Part shown: piece after piece, positions 56,449 through 64,000 of the stretch | Layout of the letters: each line of letters starts with the position of its first letter | Position numbering within the stretch: position 1 is the first letter of the stretch | From: Gammaproteobacteria bacterium | GTDB taxonomy: Bacteria; Pseudomonadota; Gammaproteobacteria; Burkholderiales; SG8-39 | Length of the DNA: 64,000 bases | Assembly: GCA_041496745.1 (NCBI GenBank) | Contig: JBGQFF010000001.1 | Coordinates: 16,675-80,674, forward strand | Direction of reading: 5' to 3' | Program-made: the position numbers and the translations under genes | The notes under the pieces: model-generated | Told to the model about the DNA's origin: nothing | Database searches by the model: none | Seen by the model: only the letters and a program-made list of their open reading frames with translations

Positions 56449-59127
56449 GTGACGGAGCAGTTGCTGCGCGAGCCCTTCAGGCTGCCGCTCGCCTTTTTCG
56501 CCTCGGGCATGGCGGCGCTCCTGTTCCAGGTGCTGTGGTTCCGCGCGCTCGGCCGCGTGCTCGGAAATACAGTCTGGGCGGGCGCGCTGGTCCTCACCGC
56601 GTTCATGCTCGGCATGGCGATCGGCGGCCTGCTCGCCGCGCGCTGGGCGCGGCGCATCCGCAATCCCGCGCGCGCTTTTGCGCTCGCCGAGATCACGGTG
56701 GCGGTCACGGGGAGCCTGCTGGTCTGGGGCCTCCCGGTTCTGGAACCGGTCGTCGGGCAGTGGCTCTCGCCGCTCGCCGATCATTCTACGGCGATCGCGG
56801 GCGCGCGCCTCGCGCTCGCCCTTGGCGCCATGCTCTTGCCGACGATCGCGATGGGCACGACGCTCGCGCTTGGTGTGCGTGTGCTTGCGCACAAGGAAAC
56901 CACGCGCGCGCTCGGTGTGCTGTATGCGGCGAACACCTTCGGCGCCTGCCTCGCGCCGCTCGTCGCCGAGTATTACCTGATCGGCGCACTCGGACTGCGC
57001 AGCACGGCGCTGGTCGCCGCAAGCCTCAACGGCCTGGCGGCAGCGCTCGCCCTGACGCAGCCGCAAGGTGCTGCCGCCGTGCCGACGCCAGCGCCAAGCA
57101 CCCACCCCTCCCCGCAACGCCTGCTGTTCGCTGCTGCCGCCGCGGGCGGCCTCGCGCTCGCGCTCGAGGTGATCTGGTTCCGTCTGCTGATCCTCTATGC
57201 GCCGGGCAGCGATACGACCTTCGCGCTCATGCTGACCGTGGTCCTGCTTGGAATTGCGATCGGCGGCGCGCTCGCCCCGCTGCTTGCCCGGCTGCAACTG
57301 GTGTGGATCACCATAGGCAGCAGCCTCGCCGTTGTCGTCGGCTACCTGCTCGCCGGGTGGACCTTCAGCCCGGGCAAGCCAGATCTGATCCACTATGCGG
57401 TTCCCTTGATGCTGCCGGCGGCGATCCTGTCGGGCTCATTGTTCACGCTGCTGGGCGCGGAGCTGCGCGCCGATGCGCAGAACCCGCAGCCCGCGATCGG
57501 CGTTCTCACGACCGCGAACACGCTCGGCGCCGCGTGCGGGGCGGCGCTCGCGGGCCTGGTGCTGCTGCCGCGCCTGGGCATCGAATGGAGCCTGTTCGCA
57601 CTCGCCGCGGGTTATGCGCTGCTGTCGCTCCTCGTGGCGAAGCCCGCGAAGATAGCGCTGCCGCTCGCCGCGGCGGCGGCCGGCTTGCTGCTGTTCCCGT
57701 TCGGACGCATGGACATGCATCTCGCGGCGGCGGCTCTCCCGTATCAGCTGATCGACGACTCGAAGGTAGTGCAGGTCACGCAAGGCCCGACGACGACCCT
57801 GCAGCTGCTCAAGCGCGAGCGTTTCGGCGAGGCGGTGGCGTGGCGGCTGCTGACCGACAGCTATTCGATGACGACGATCGATCGCCAGGCGGTCCGCTAC
57901 ATGCAGATGTTTGCCTGGCTGCCCCTCGCCCTGCATCCCGAGCCGCGGCGCGCGCTGCTCATCAGCTATGGCGCGGGCAGCACCGCGCAGGCGCTGTTGA
58001 GCGAGCCGCAGTTGCGCCAGCTCACCGTGGTCGACGTCTCGCCGGAGATCCTCGGCGCAAGCGCGCTCGTTCACGGCAAGCGCGACCCGCTGCAGGACCC
58101 GCGGGTGCAGCTCGTCCTGGAAGACGGGCGCCAATACCTGCGCCTGCATCCCGAGCAGTTCGACATCATCACTGCGGAGCCGCCGCCGCCGCTGATCGCA
58201 GGCGTGGTAAACCTCTATACGCGCGAGTATTTCATGGCGGTTGCCGGGCGGCTCGCCCCCGGCGGACTCGCGACCTACTGGCTGCCGGTCCCGCAATTCA
58301 AGCCGCAGGGCGCGCGCGCGGTGGTCCGCGCCTTCTGCGACGCGTTTCCCGATTGCACGCTTTGGGCCGGCGGGCGGCGCAACTGGATCCTGATGGGCGG
58401 TCGCGAGTTCAGGCATCGCCCGGGCGCGCAGCATTTCTCCCGCCTGTGGCGCGACGCGGCGGCGGCGCCGCGCATCGCCGCGAGCGGGCTCGAGCATCCC
58501 GTCCAGCTCGGCGCCACCTTTCTTGCGGACGCCGGGCAGCTGAGCCGCTGGGTTGGCGGGACGCCGGCGTTGACCGACGACCATCCGAAGCGCATCGCGC
58601 CCGAAACGGACCTCGAGAGCCCGGTGGGCGAATACTCGGCGTGGCTCAAGCCCGACGACGCGCGCCGCCGCTTCCAGGAGTCGCAGTGGGTGGCAAGGCA
58701 CTGGCCCGCCCAGTTCACCCAGGGGAGCCTGCCCTTCTTCGCGATCCAGCCGGTACTCAATGGCGAGATCGCGCCCGACCCCATGCGGAACGTGCCGCAG
58801 GTGGCCGCGATCCTGCGCCATACCGACCTGCGCATCCCGGTCCTATGGCTGCTCGGGAGCGACGTCACCGAGCAGGAGATCGTGAACCGGCGGCTGGCGG
58901 CCGAGGGCTATCGCCCGGACTACGCCTATGCGCTCGGCGTTCGCGCTCTTGCGGAGCGCGACTACGCCACGGCCGGGGAGCTCTTTGCCGAGGCCGCCAA
59001 GCGCGGGCCTGGCCCGGCCGGCGCGCTCGCCGCGTACTCCATGTGCCGTGCGGGGCTGCACCAGCAGGCGGCAGCGGCGACAGGGGCTGACAAGCTCGCG
59101 CCCGAGCTGCGCTGCTGGAGCAATTAG
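56449..59127 (+). CDS. Fused polytopic membrane domain / spermidine-synthase-like methyltransferase fold / C-terminal helical-repeat protein
   Basis: The ~450-aa N-terminal region is hydrophobic (MFS-like). The middle reads LLISYGAGSTAQALL...VVDVSPEIL...LEDGRQYL...FDIITAEPPPP. The C-terminus is TPR-like. Confidence 0.8.
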   Translation: MTEQLLREPFRLPLAFFASGMAALLFQVLWFRALGRVLGNTVWAGALVLTAFMLGMAIGGLLAARWARRIRNPARAFALAEITVAVTGSLLVWGLPVLEPVVGQWLSPLADHSTAIAGARLALALGAMLLPTIAMGTTLALGVRVLAHKETTRALGVLYAANTFGACLAPLVAEYYLIGALGLRSTALVAASLNGLAAALALTQPQGAAAVPTPAPSTHPSPQRLLFAAAAAGGLALALEVIWFRLLILYAPGSDTTFALMLTVVLLGIAIGGALAPLLARLQLVWITIGSSLAVVVGYLLAGWTFSPGKPDLIHYAVPLMLPAAILSGSLFTLLGAELRADAQNPQPAIGVLTTANTLGAACGAALAGLVLLPRLGIEWSLFALAAGYALLSLLVAKPAKIALPLAAAAAGLLLFPFGRMDMHLAAAALPYQLIDDSKVVQVTQGPTTTLQLLKRERFGEAVAWRLLTDSYSMTTIDRQAVRYMQMFAWLPLALHPEPRRALLISYGAGSTAQALLSEPQLRQLTVVDVSPEILGASALVHGKRDPLQDPRVQLVLEDGRQYLRLHPEQFDIITAEPPPPLIAGVVNLYTREYFMAVAGRLAPGGLATYWLPVPQFKPQGARAVVRAFCDAFPDCTLWAGGRRNWILMGGREFRHRPGAQHFSRLWRDAAAAPRIAASGLEHPVQLGATFLADAGQLSRWVGGTPALTDDHPKRIAPETDLESPVGEYSAWLKPDDARRRFQESQWVARHWPAQFTQGSLPFFAIQPVLNGEIAPDPMRNVPQVAAILRHTDLRIPVLWLLGSDVTEQEIVNRRLAAEGYRPDYAYALGVRALAERDYATAGELFAEAAKRGPGPAGALAAYSMCRAGLHQQAAAATGADKLAPELRCWSN

Positions 59128-59176
59128 GCGGCCCGAGCCGCGATTGTGGTTTTGACGGGGTTGACTGATAGGCTCC

Positions 59177-60454
59177 GTGCCCATCATGCGGGAATTCAAC
59201 CAGAAGCCAACGCGCGCCATCGTGGCGGCTGTGCAGTTGCCCGGCGCGAGCGACGTCGAGTTCGATGCCTCGTTGACCGAGCTGCGCCAGCTCGCGAAGA
59301 CGCTGGGGTTCGAGGTCGTCGGCACGTTCACGCAGAAGCGCGCGAGCTTCGACTCGGCGGGGTACCTCGGGCTCGGCAAGCGGAAGGAGCTGCACGAGCA
59401 AGTCCTGCTGGACCGCGCCGACCTCGTCCTCGTCGACCACGAGATCTCGCCCTCGCAGGCGCACAACCTGGAGAAGGAGGTCGGCTGCGAGGTGATGGAC
59501 CGCACCATGGTGATCCTCGAGATCTTCCACCGGCACGCGCGCTCCCGCGCCGCGCGCGCGCAGGTCGAGATCGCGCGCCTCGGCTACATGGCGCCGCGCC
59601 TGCGCGAAGCCGCCAAGCTCGCCGGTCCGAAGGACCGGGCGCGCAGCGGCACCGGCGGCCGCAGCGGCGGCGAGTCGCACGGCGAGCTCGACCGGCGCAA
59701 GATCCGCGACCGCATCGCCGAGCTGCAGAAGGAGCTCGACGCGATGGACCTCGGGCGCAAGACGCAGCGCGCCCGGCGGCAGGAGCGCCAGGGGCTCGCG
59801 CGCGTGGCGCTCGTCGGCTACACGAATGCGGGCAAGTCCACCCTGATGCGCGCGCTCACGGGAAGCGAGGCGCTGGTCGCCGACAAGCTCTTCGCGACGC
59901 TCGATACGACCGTGCGCGCCCTCCAGCCCGAGAGCGTGCCGCGCGTGCTCGTCAGCGACACGGTCGGCTTCATCAAGAACCTGCCGCACGCGCTCGTCGC
60001 ATCGTTCAAGTCGACGCTCGATGAGGCGCTCGAGGCGTCGCTGCTCGCCCACGTCGTCGATGCGAGCGATCCCGGGTTCGAGCGGCAGCTCGCGGTGACC
60101 GAGGAAGTGCTCGAGGAGATCGGCGCGAAGGACGTGCCGCGCCTGCTCGTGTTCAACAAGATCGACCGCGGTGGAGACGAAGCCGCGCTGCGCGCGCGGT
60201 ACCCCGGGTGCATCGTGATGAGCGCGCGTCGCGAGGGCGACATCGCGAAGCTGCGCGAGGCGATCAGCGCGTTCTTCCGGCGGCGGCTCGTCGAGGCCGA
60301 ACTCTTCCTCCCCTGGTCGGCGCAGGGACTGCGCGGGGAGATCTTCGCGACCTGCGAAGTGCTGGAAGAGCGCGCCGATGGCGCGGGCGCGTTCCTGCGC
60401 GTGCGCGGCGAGCCCGAGGCCGTGCAGCGCCTGCGCGAGAAATTCAGCGCCTAG
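59177..60454 (+). CDS. hflX: GTPase HflX
   Basis: It reads VALVGYTNAGKSTLMRALTG...DTVGFIKNLPHALVASFKSTLDE...NKID. Confidence 0.95.
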   Translation: MPIMREFNQKPTRAIVAAVQLPGASDVEFDASLTELRQLAKTLGFEVVGTFTQKRASFDSAGYLGLGKRKELHEQVLLDRADLVLVDHEISPSQAHNLEKEVGCEVMDRTMVILEIFHRHARSRAARAQVEIARLGYMAPRLREAAKLAGPKDRARSGTGGRSGGESHGELDRRKIRDRIAELQKELDAMDLGRKTQRARRQERQGLARVALVGYTNAGKSTLMRALTGSEALVADKLFATLDTTVRALQPESVPRVLVSDTVGFIKNLPHALVASFKSTLDEALEASLLAHVVDASDPGFERQLAVTEEVLEEIGAKDVPRLLVFNKIDRGGDEAALRARYPGCIVMSARREGDIAKLREAISAFFRRRLVEAELFLPWSAQGLRGEIFATCEVLEERADGAGAFLRVRGEPEAVQRLREKFSA

Positions 60455-60806
60455 GCGGCACGAGCCGCAGCGTGACGAGCGTTGCCGCCGCCCAGGCGAC
60501 ATAAAGCGCGGTGAACACCCATTCGGGCGCGCGGTAATAGAGCAGGCGCTGCACCCATCGTCCGATGAAGGATTCCGGCCGCGCGCCGCCGCGCAGCGCG
60601 TCTTCCCACTCGGTCAGCGGGCAGACCATGCCGATGAGCGCTTCGAGCGCGACAAAGGCGATCGCACCGAGATGCAGGTAGCGGAACCAGGGATTGCGCA
60701 CCCAGTCCCAGCCGAGCGCGGCGCCGGCCCAGGTCAGGAACAGGCCGCCGACGATGAAAACGACGATCGCGAAATGCAGGACGAGGAGGGCGTCAGCCGG
60801 ATTCAC
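60444..60806 (-). CDS. DUF2784-like membrane protein
   Basis: The 120-aa ORF reads LVLHFAIVVFIVGGLFL...CPLTEWEDALR. Confidence 0.7.
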   Translation of the reverse strand: MNPADALLVLHFAIVVFIVGGLFLTWAGAALGWDWVRNPWFRYLHLGAIAFVALEALIGMVCPLTEWEDALRGGARPESFIGRWVQRLLYYRAPEWVFTALYVAWAAATLVTLRLVPPRR

Positions 60807-61641
60807 GCGGTCTCGCGGGATCCGCGATCCACTCGCTCCAGGAGCCCGCGTAGAGCTTGCCGCCCTTGAGTCCGGCGATCTCCATCGCCAGCAGGTTGTG
60901 GCAGGCGGCGACGCCCGAGCCGCAGGAGTTCACCACTGCGCTCGCGGACCGCTGACCGAGCACCGCCTCGAATTCGTTCCTCAACTGCACCGCAGGCTTG
61001 AACACCCCCTCCGGTGTGAGATTGTCGTTGGAGAAGCGGTTGAGCGATCCCGGGATGCGCCCGGCCACCGGGTCGATCGGTTCACTCTCGCCGCGCCAGC
61101 GCGCCGGCGCGCGCGCGTCGAGCAGGGTGATGCCCCGCAGATGCGATTCCACGTAGGACACATCCACAGCGAGTTCCGGCCGAGCTTTCCCGGGATACGT
61201 CGTCGGCGTGAACTTCCGAACCTCGGCCGTCACCGGCCCGCCTTCCTTCACCCATATCGCGTAGCCCCCGTCGAGCACGGCGACTGCGTCGTGCCCGATC
61301 CAGCGCAGCATCCACCACAGCCGCGCCGCCATCGCGCCCGGGCCGCCATCGTAGGCGACCACCTGGTCCGTGGGTTTCAAGCCCTGGCGACCGAGCCAGG
61401 CAATGAACGCCTGCGGGTCGGGCAGGGGATGGCGGCCGTTGGTTCCGGACTTCGGTGCAGAGAGATCGCGGCCGAGATCGGCGAAGGAGGCGCCGGGGAT
61501 GTGGGACTCGCGGTACTGCTGCTCGCCGAGATCGTGCTTGGCGAGATCGTGCCTGCAGTCGAACACCCGCCACTCGGGATGGCGGGACAGCTCGTCCGTG
61601 GAGACGAGCGTGTTCAGCGCCCGAGGCCCTGCCTCACCCAT
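60793..61641 (-). CDS. sseA: Tandem-rhodanese sulfurtransferase (thiosulfate/3-mercaptopyruvate type)
   Basis: It has two rhodanese modules and the active-site loop CGSGVAACH. Confidence 0.9.
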   Translation of the reverse strand: MGEAGPRALNTLVSTDELSRHPEWRVFDCRHDLAKHDLGEQQYRESHIPGASFADLGRDLSAPKSGTNGRHPLPDPQAFIAWLGRQGLKPTDQVVAYDGGPGAMAARLWWMLRWIGHDAVAVLDGGYAIWVKEGGPVTAEVRKFTPTTYPGKARPELAVDVSYVESHLRGITLLDARAPARWRGESEPIDPVAGRIPGSLNRFSNDNLTPEGVFKPAVQLRNEFEAVLGQRSASAVVNSCGSGVAACHNLLAMEIAGLKGGKLYAGSWSEWIADPARPRESG

Positions 61642-62723
61642 TCGTGGAAGTGCACCATGGTGTCTTCCATCGGCGACTGGTAGGGACCCGCATCATCCAG
61701 TCTTTGCTGCCATAGCGCGCGGCGGCCGCGGTCCATGCGCAGGCAGATCTCGTTGTCCTCGAGCGCGGTCTCGACGTAGGCCGCCTGCTGCGCCTCCACG
61801 AACGCGCGCTCGAAGTGCACGATTTCCTCGGGATAATAGAACTCGACGATGTTGGTGCAGTGCGTCGGCGAGCGCGGGATCAGGCGGCTCACCACCAGCA
61901 CGTTCGGGTACCACTCCAGCATCAGGCCGGGGAAATAGGTCATCCACAGCGCGCCCTGCTTGGGCGTGCGCCCGTCGAGGTACTTCAGGCAGGCCTCGTG
62001 CCACTTGCGGTACACCGGCGTGCCGGGCTTCTCCAGCCCGGCCTTGGCCTGCACGATCTGCACCGACCAGTCCGGGCCGTAATCCACGGTGAAGTTGTTG
62101 CAGTCGGTGAAGTTGCCCAGGCCGGGATGGAAGAAGTTGACGTGGTAGACCTCGAGGTACACCTCGATGAAGGTCTTCCAGTTGACGTCGTACTCGTCCA
62201 CCATCACGCGGTCGAGCACGTAGCCGGAGAAATCCCAGTCGCCTGTGGTGCTCATGCCGGAGAGCGCCTTGACCGGGTCGGCCGGCCCGGCGAACCGCAG
62301 GCCGTGCCAGTCCGTGAGCGGCGTGGAGTGCAGCCGGAGGCAGGGGTTTTCGGCGAAGTGCGGCGCGCCGAGCAGCTCGCCTTTCAGGTCGTAGGTCCAG
62401 TGGTGCACCGGGCAGACGATGTTCTGCGCGTTGCCGCGGCCTTCGAGCATGATCGACTGGCGGTGGCGGCAGACGTTGGACAGCAGCTCGACGCCGCGCG
62501 TCACATCCGAACTGTTGCGCACCAGCACCTGGGCGTGGTCCAGCCACTCGAGCGTGCGGTAGTCGCCGACGTTCGGCACCATCAGCTGGTGGCCGACGTA
62601 ATTGGCGCCGGCGTCGAATAACCGCATCTTCTCTTGCGCGAAGACTTCCGCGTCGAAGTACCAGGACACCGGCAACTGGCAGGTGGCCGGTTTCAGCTGG
62701 CGCAAACTCGCGGCGTCCGACAT
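61614..62723 (-). CDS. Rieske [2Fe-2S] non-heme-iron oxygenase alpha subunit
   Basis: ATG 62723 gives MSDAASLRQLKP. The Rieske motif is CRHRQSIM...CPVHHWTY, followed by a catalytic domain with EVYHVNFFHPG. The track ORF extends to 63080. Confidence 0.88.
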   Translation of the reverse strand: MSDAASLRQLKPATCQLPVSWYFDAEVFAQEKMRLFDAGANYVGHQLMVPNVGDYRTLEWLDHAQVLVRNSSDVTRGVELLSNVCRHRQSIMLEGRGNAQNIVCPVHHWTYDLKGELLGAPHFAENPCLRLHSTPLTDWHGLRFAGPADPVKALSGMSTTGDWDFSGYVLDRVMVDEYDVNWKTFIEVYLEVYHVNFFHPGLGNFTDCNNFTVDYGPDWSVQIVQAKAGLEKPGTPVYRKWHEACLKYLDGRTPKQGALWMTYFPGLMLEWYPNVLVVSRLIPRSPTHCTNIVEFYYPEEIVHFERAFVEAQQAAYVETALEDNEICLRMDRGRRALWQQRLDDAGPYQSPMEDTMVHFHEWVRQGLGR

Positions 62724-62807
62724 TGAGCCCGGGGGTGGAAAAATGGGGCGAATTTTACCCCAGCGGGGGTTTGACCGCCGAACGGCCACTCGGATAAGGT
62801 TTCCCCC

Positions 62808-63050
62808 ATGGCCAAGCCGGCGCAGGAACTGACCTTCGAAAAGGCGCTCGCCGAGCTCGAGAAGCTCGTCGCGCAGATGGAGAGCGGCAGCCTGTCCCTC
62901 GAGCAGGCGCTGGCCGCGCACAAGCGCGGCCTGGAGCTGGCGCGCACCTGCCAGGAGCGGCTGGAAGCCGCGCAGCGCCAGGTGAAGGTGCTCGAAGGCG
63001 AGGTGCTGCGCAAACTGCCCGCGGCCGCCGATCCCGGTGACGACGCCTGA
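62808..63050 (+). CDS. xseB: Exodeoxyribonuclease VII small subunit
   Basis: It reads LTFEKALAELEKLVAQMESGSLSLEQALAAHKRGLELARTCQERL. Confidence 0.93.
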   Translation: MAKPAQELTFEKALAELEKLVAQMESGSLSLEQALAAHKRGLELARTCQERLEAAQRQVKVLEGEVLRKLPAAADPGDDA

Positions 63051-63939
63051 GCCCGCGTTCGCGGACTGGATGGGCGGCATCCAGGCGCGAATGGAAAGCG
63101 CCCTCTCGCGCCTGCTGCCTGCCGCGCAGCTCGCGCCGGCGCGGCTGCACGAGGCGATGCGCTACGCCAGCCTGGAGGGCGGCAAGCGCGTGCGCCCGCT
63201 GCTCACGTTTGCCGCCGGCGAGCTGGCGCGCGCCAGGCCCGAACGGCTCGAGATGGCCGCCGCCGCGGTCGAGCTGATCCACGCCTACTCGCTGGTGCAT
63301 GACGACCTGCCCTGCATGGACGACGACATGCTCCGCCGCGGCAAGCCCACGGTGCACGTCGAGTACGACGAGGCCACCGCGCTCCTGGCAGGCGACGCGT
63401 TGCAGTCGCTCGCGTTCCAGCTGCTTGCCGAATGCCCGCTCGCCGACGACGCGCGGGTGCAGCTCGAGATGGTGAAGCTGCTTGCGGTCGCCGCGGGCTC
63501 GCGCGGCATGGCGGGCGGCCAGCAGATCGACCTCGAGGCGGTCGGCCAGCCGCTCACGGTCCCGGAGCTGGAAGCGATGCACATCCACAAGACCGGGGCG
63601 CTGATCCGCGCCGCGGTGCTGCTCGGCGCCGCCTGCGGCGGCGCGCTCGATGCGGGGCTGCGCGCGCGCCTGGACCAGTACGCCAAGTCCGTCGGCCTCG
63701 CCTTCCAGGTGGTGGACGACGTGCTGGACCACGAAGCCAGCACCGCGACGCTGGGCAAGACGGCGGGCAAGGACTTGCGGCAGGGCAAGCCGACCTATGT
63801 GTCGGCGATGGGCGTCGCGCGCGCGCGCGAGCTGGCGCAGGAACTGAGGCACAATGCGCACCAGGCGCTGGAGCCGCTCGGCGCCGGGGCGCGCCGCCTG
63901 CGCGAGCTCGCCGATTTCATCGTTTTCAGGAAGTTCTAG
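63037..63939 (+). CDS. ispA: (2E,6E)-farnesyl diphosphate synthase
   Basis: It has the FARM motif LVHDDLPCMDDDMLRRG and the SARM motif FQVVDDVLD. Confidence 0.93.
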   Translation: MTTPEPAFADWMGGIQARMESALSRLLPAAQLAPARLHEAMRYASLEGGKRVRPLLTFAAGELARARPERLEMAAAAVELIHAYSLVHDDLPCMDDDMLRRGKPTVHVEYDEATALLAGDALQSLAFQLLAECPLADDARVQLEMVKLLAVAAGSRGMAGGQQIDLEAVGQPLTVPELEAMHIHKTGALIRAAVLLGAACGGALDAGLRARLDQYAKSVGLAFQVVDDVLDHEASTATLGKTAGKDLRQGKPTYVSAMGVARARELAQELRHNAHQALEPLGAGARRLRELADFIVFRKF

Positions 63940-63941
63940 GG

Positions 63942-64000
63942 ATGTTCGAGCTGCTCAAGACGATCAACGATCCCTCCGAGCTGCGCAAGCTCGAGCGCAA
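63942..64000 (+). CDS. dxs: 1-deoxy-D-xylulose-5-phosphate synthase (N-terminal fragment, runs off the window)
   Basis: MFELLKTINDPSELRKLER is the typical Dxs N-terminus, and the xseB-ispA-dxs order is conserved synteny. Confidence 0.85.
   Translation, partial: MFELLKTINDPSELRKLER

Overview
High-GC (roughly two-thirds G+C) chromosomal segment with betaproteobacterial gene content and synteny (recA-recX-alaS; exbB-exbD-lpxK-ycaR-kdsB-adk; Bug/TctC paralogs; tsaE-amiC / mutL-miaA; xseB-ispA-dxs). About 65 protein genes are tightly packed, often with ATGA/GTGA start-stop overlaps. I found no rRNA, tRNA, CRISPR array or mobile element. Most long R/A/G/P-rich ORFs in the six-frame track are off-frame artefacts of the GC content. 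Five things deserve a second look. (1) A ~10 kb plus-strand operon (30294-39929) joins a TatT-type (TPR-protein-associated) TRAP transporter, a three-gene split benzoyl-CoA-reductase/2-hydroxyacyl-CoA-dehydratase (BCR/HAD)-type radical enzyme set with a double-ATPase activase, and a secreted glycerophosphodiester phosphodiesterase. (2) A direct-repeat motif (CTGTAAG-N4-CTGTAAG, 11-bp period) occurs three times: before that operon, before an adjacent ATPase-TPR regulator with a C-terminal SARP (Streptomyces antibiotic regulatory protein) DNA-binding domain, and before a lipoprotein/LuxR plus Ser/Thr-kinase module. This suggests one regulon. (3) A coupled operon (8652-14941) looks like a polyprenyl-phosphate-linked glycosylation pathway and contains a DedA-flavoprotein fusion. 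(4) An aromatic-rich leader peptide plus terminator sits upstream of DAHP synthase. (5) Perfect inverted DnaA boxes lie in the xseA/exbB intergenic region. All functional calls come from reading the translations and recalling protein families. No database search was run.
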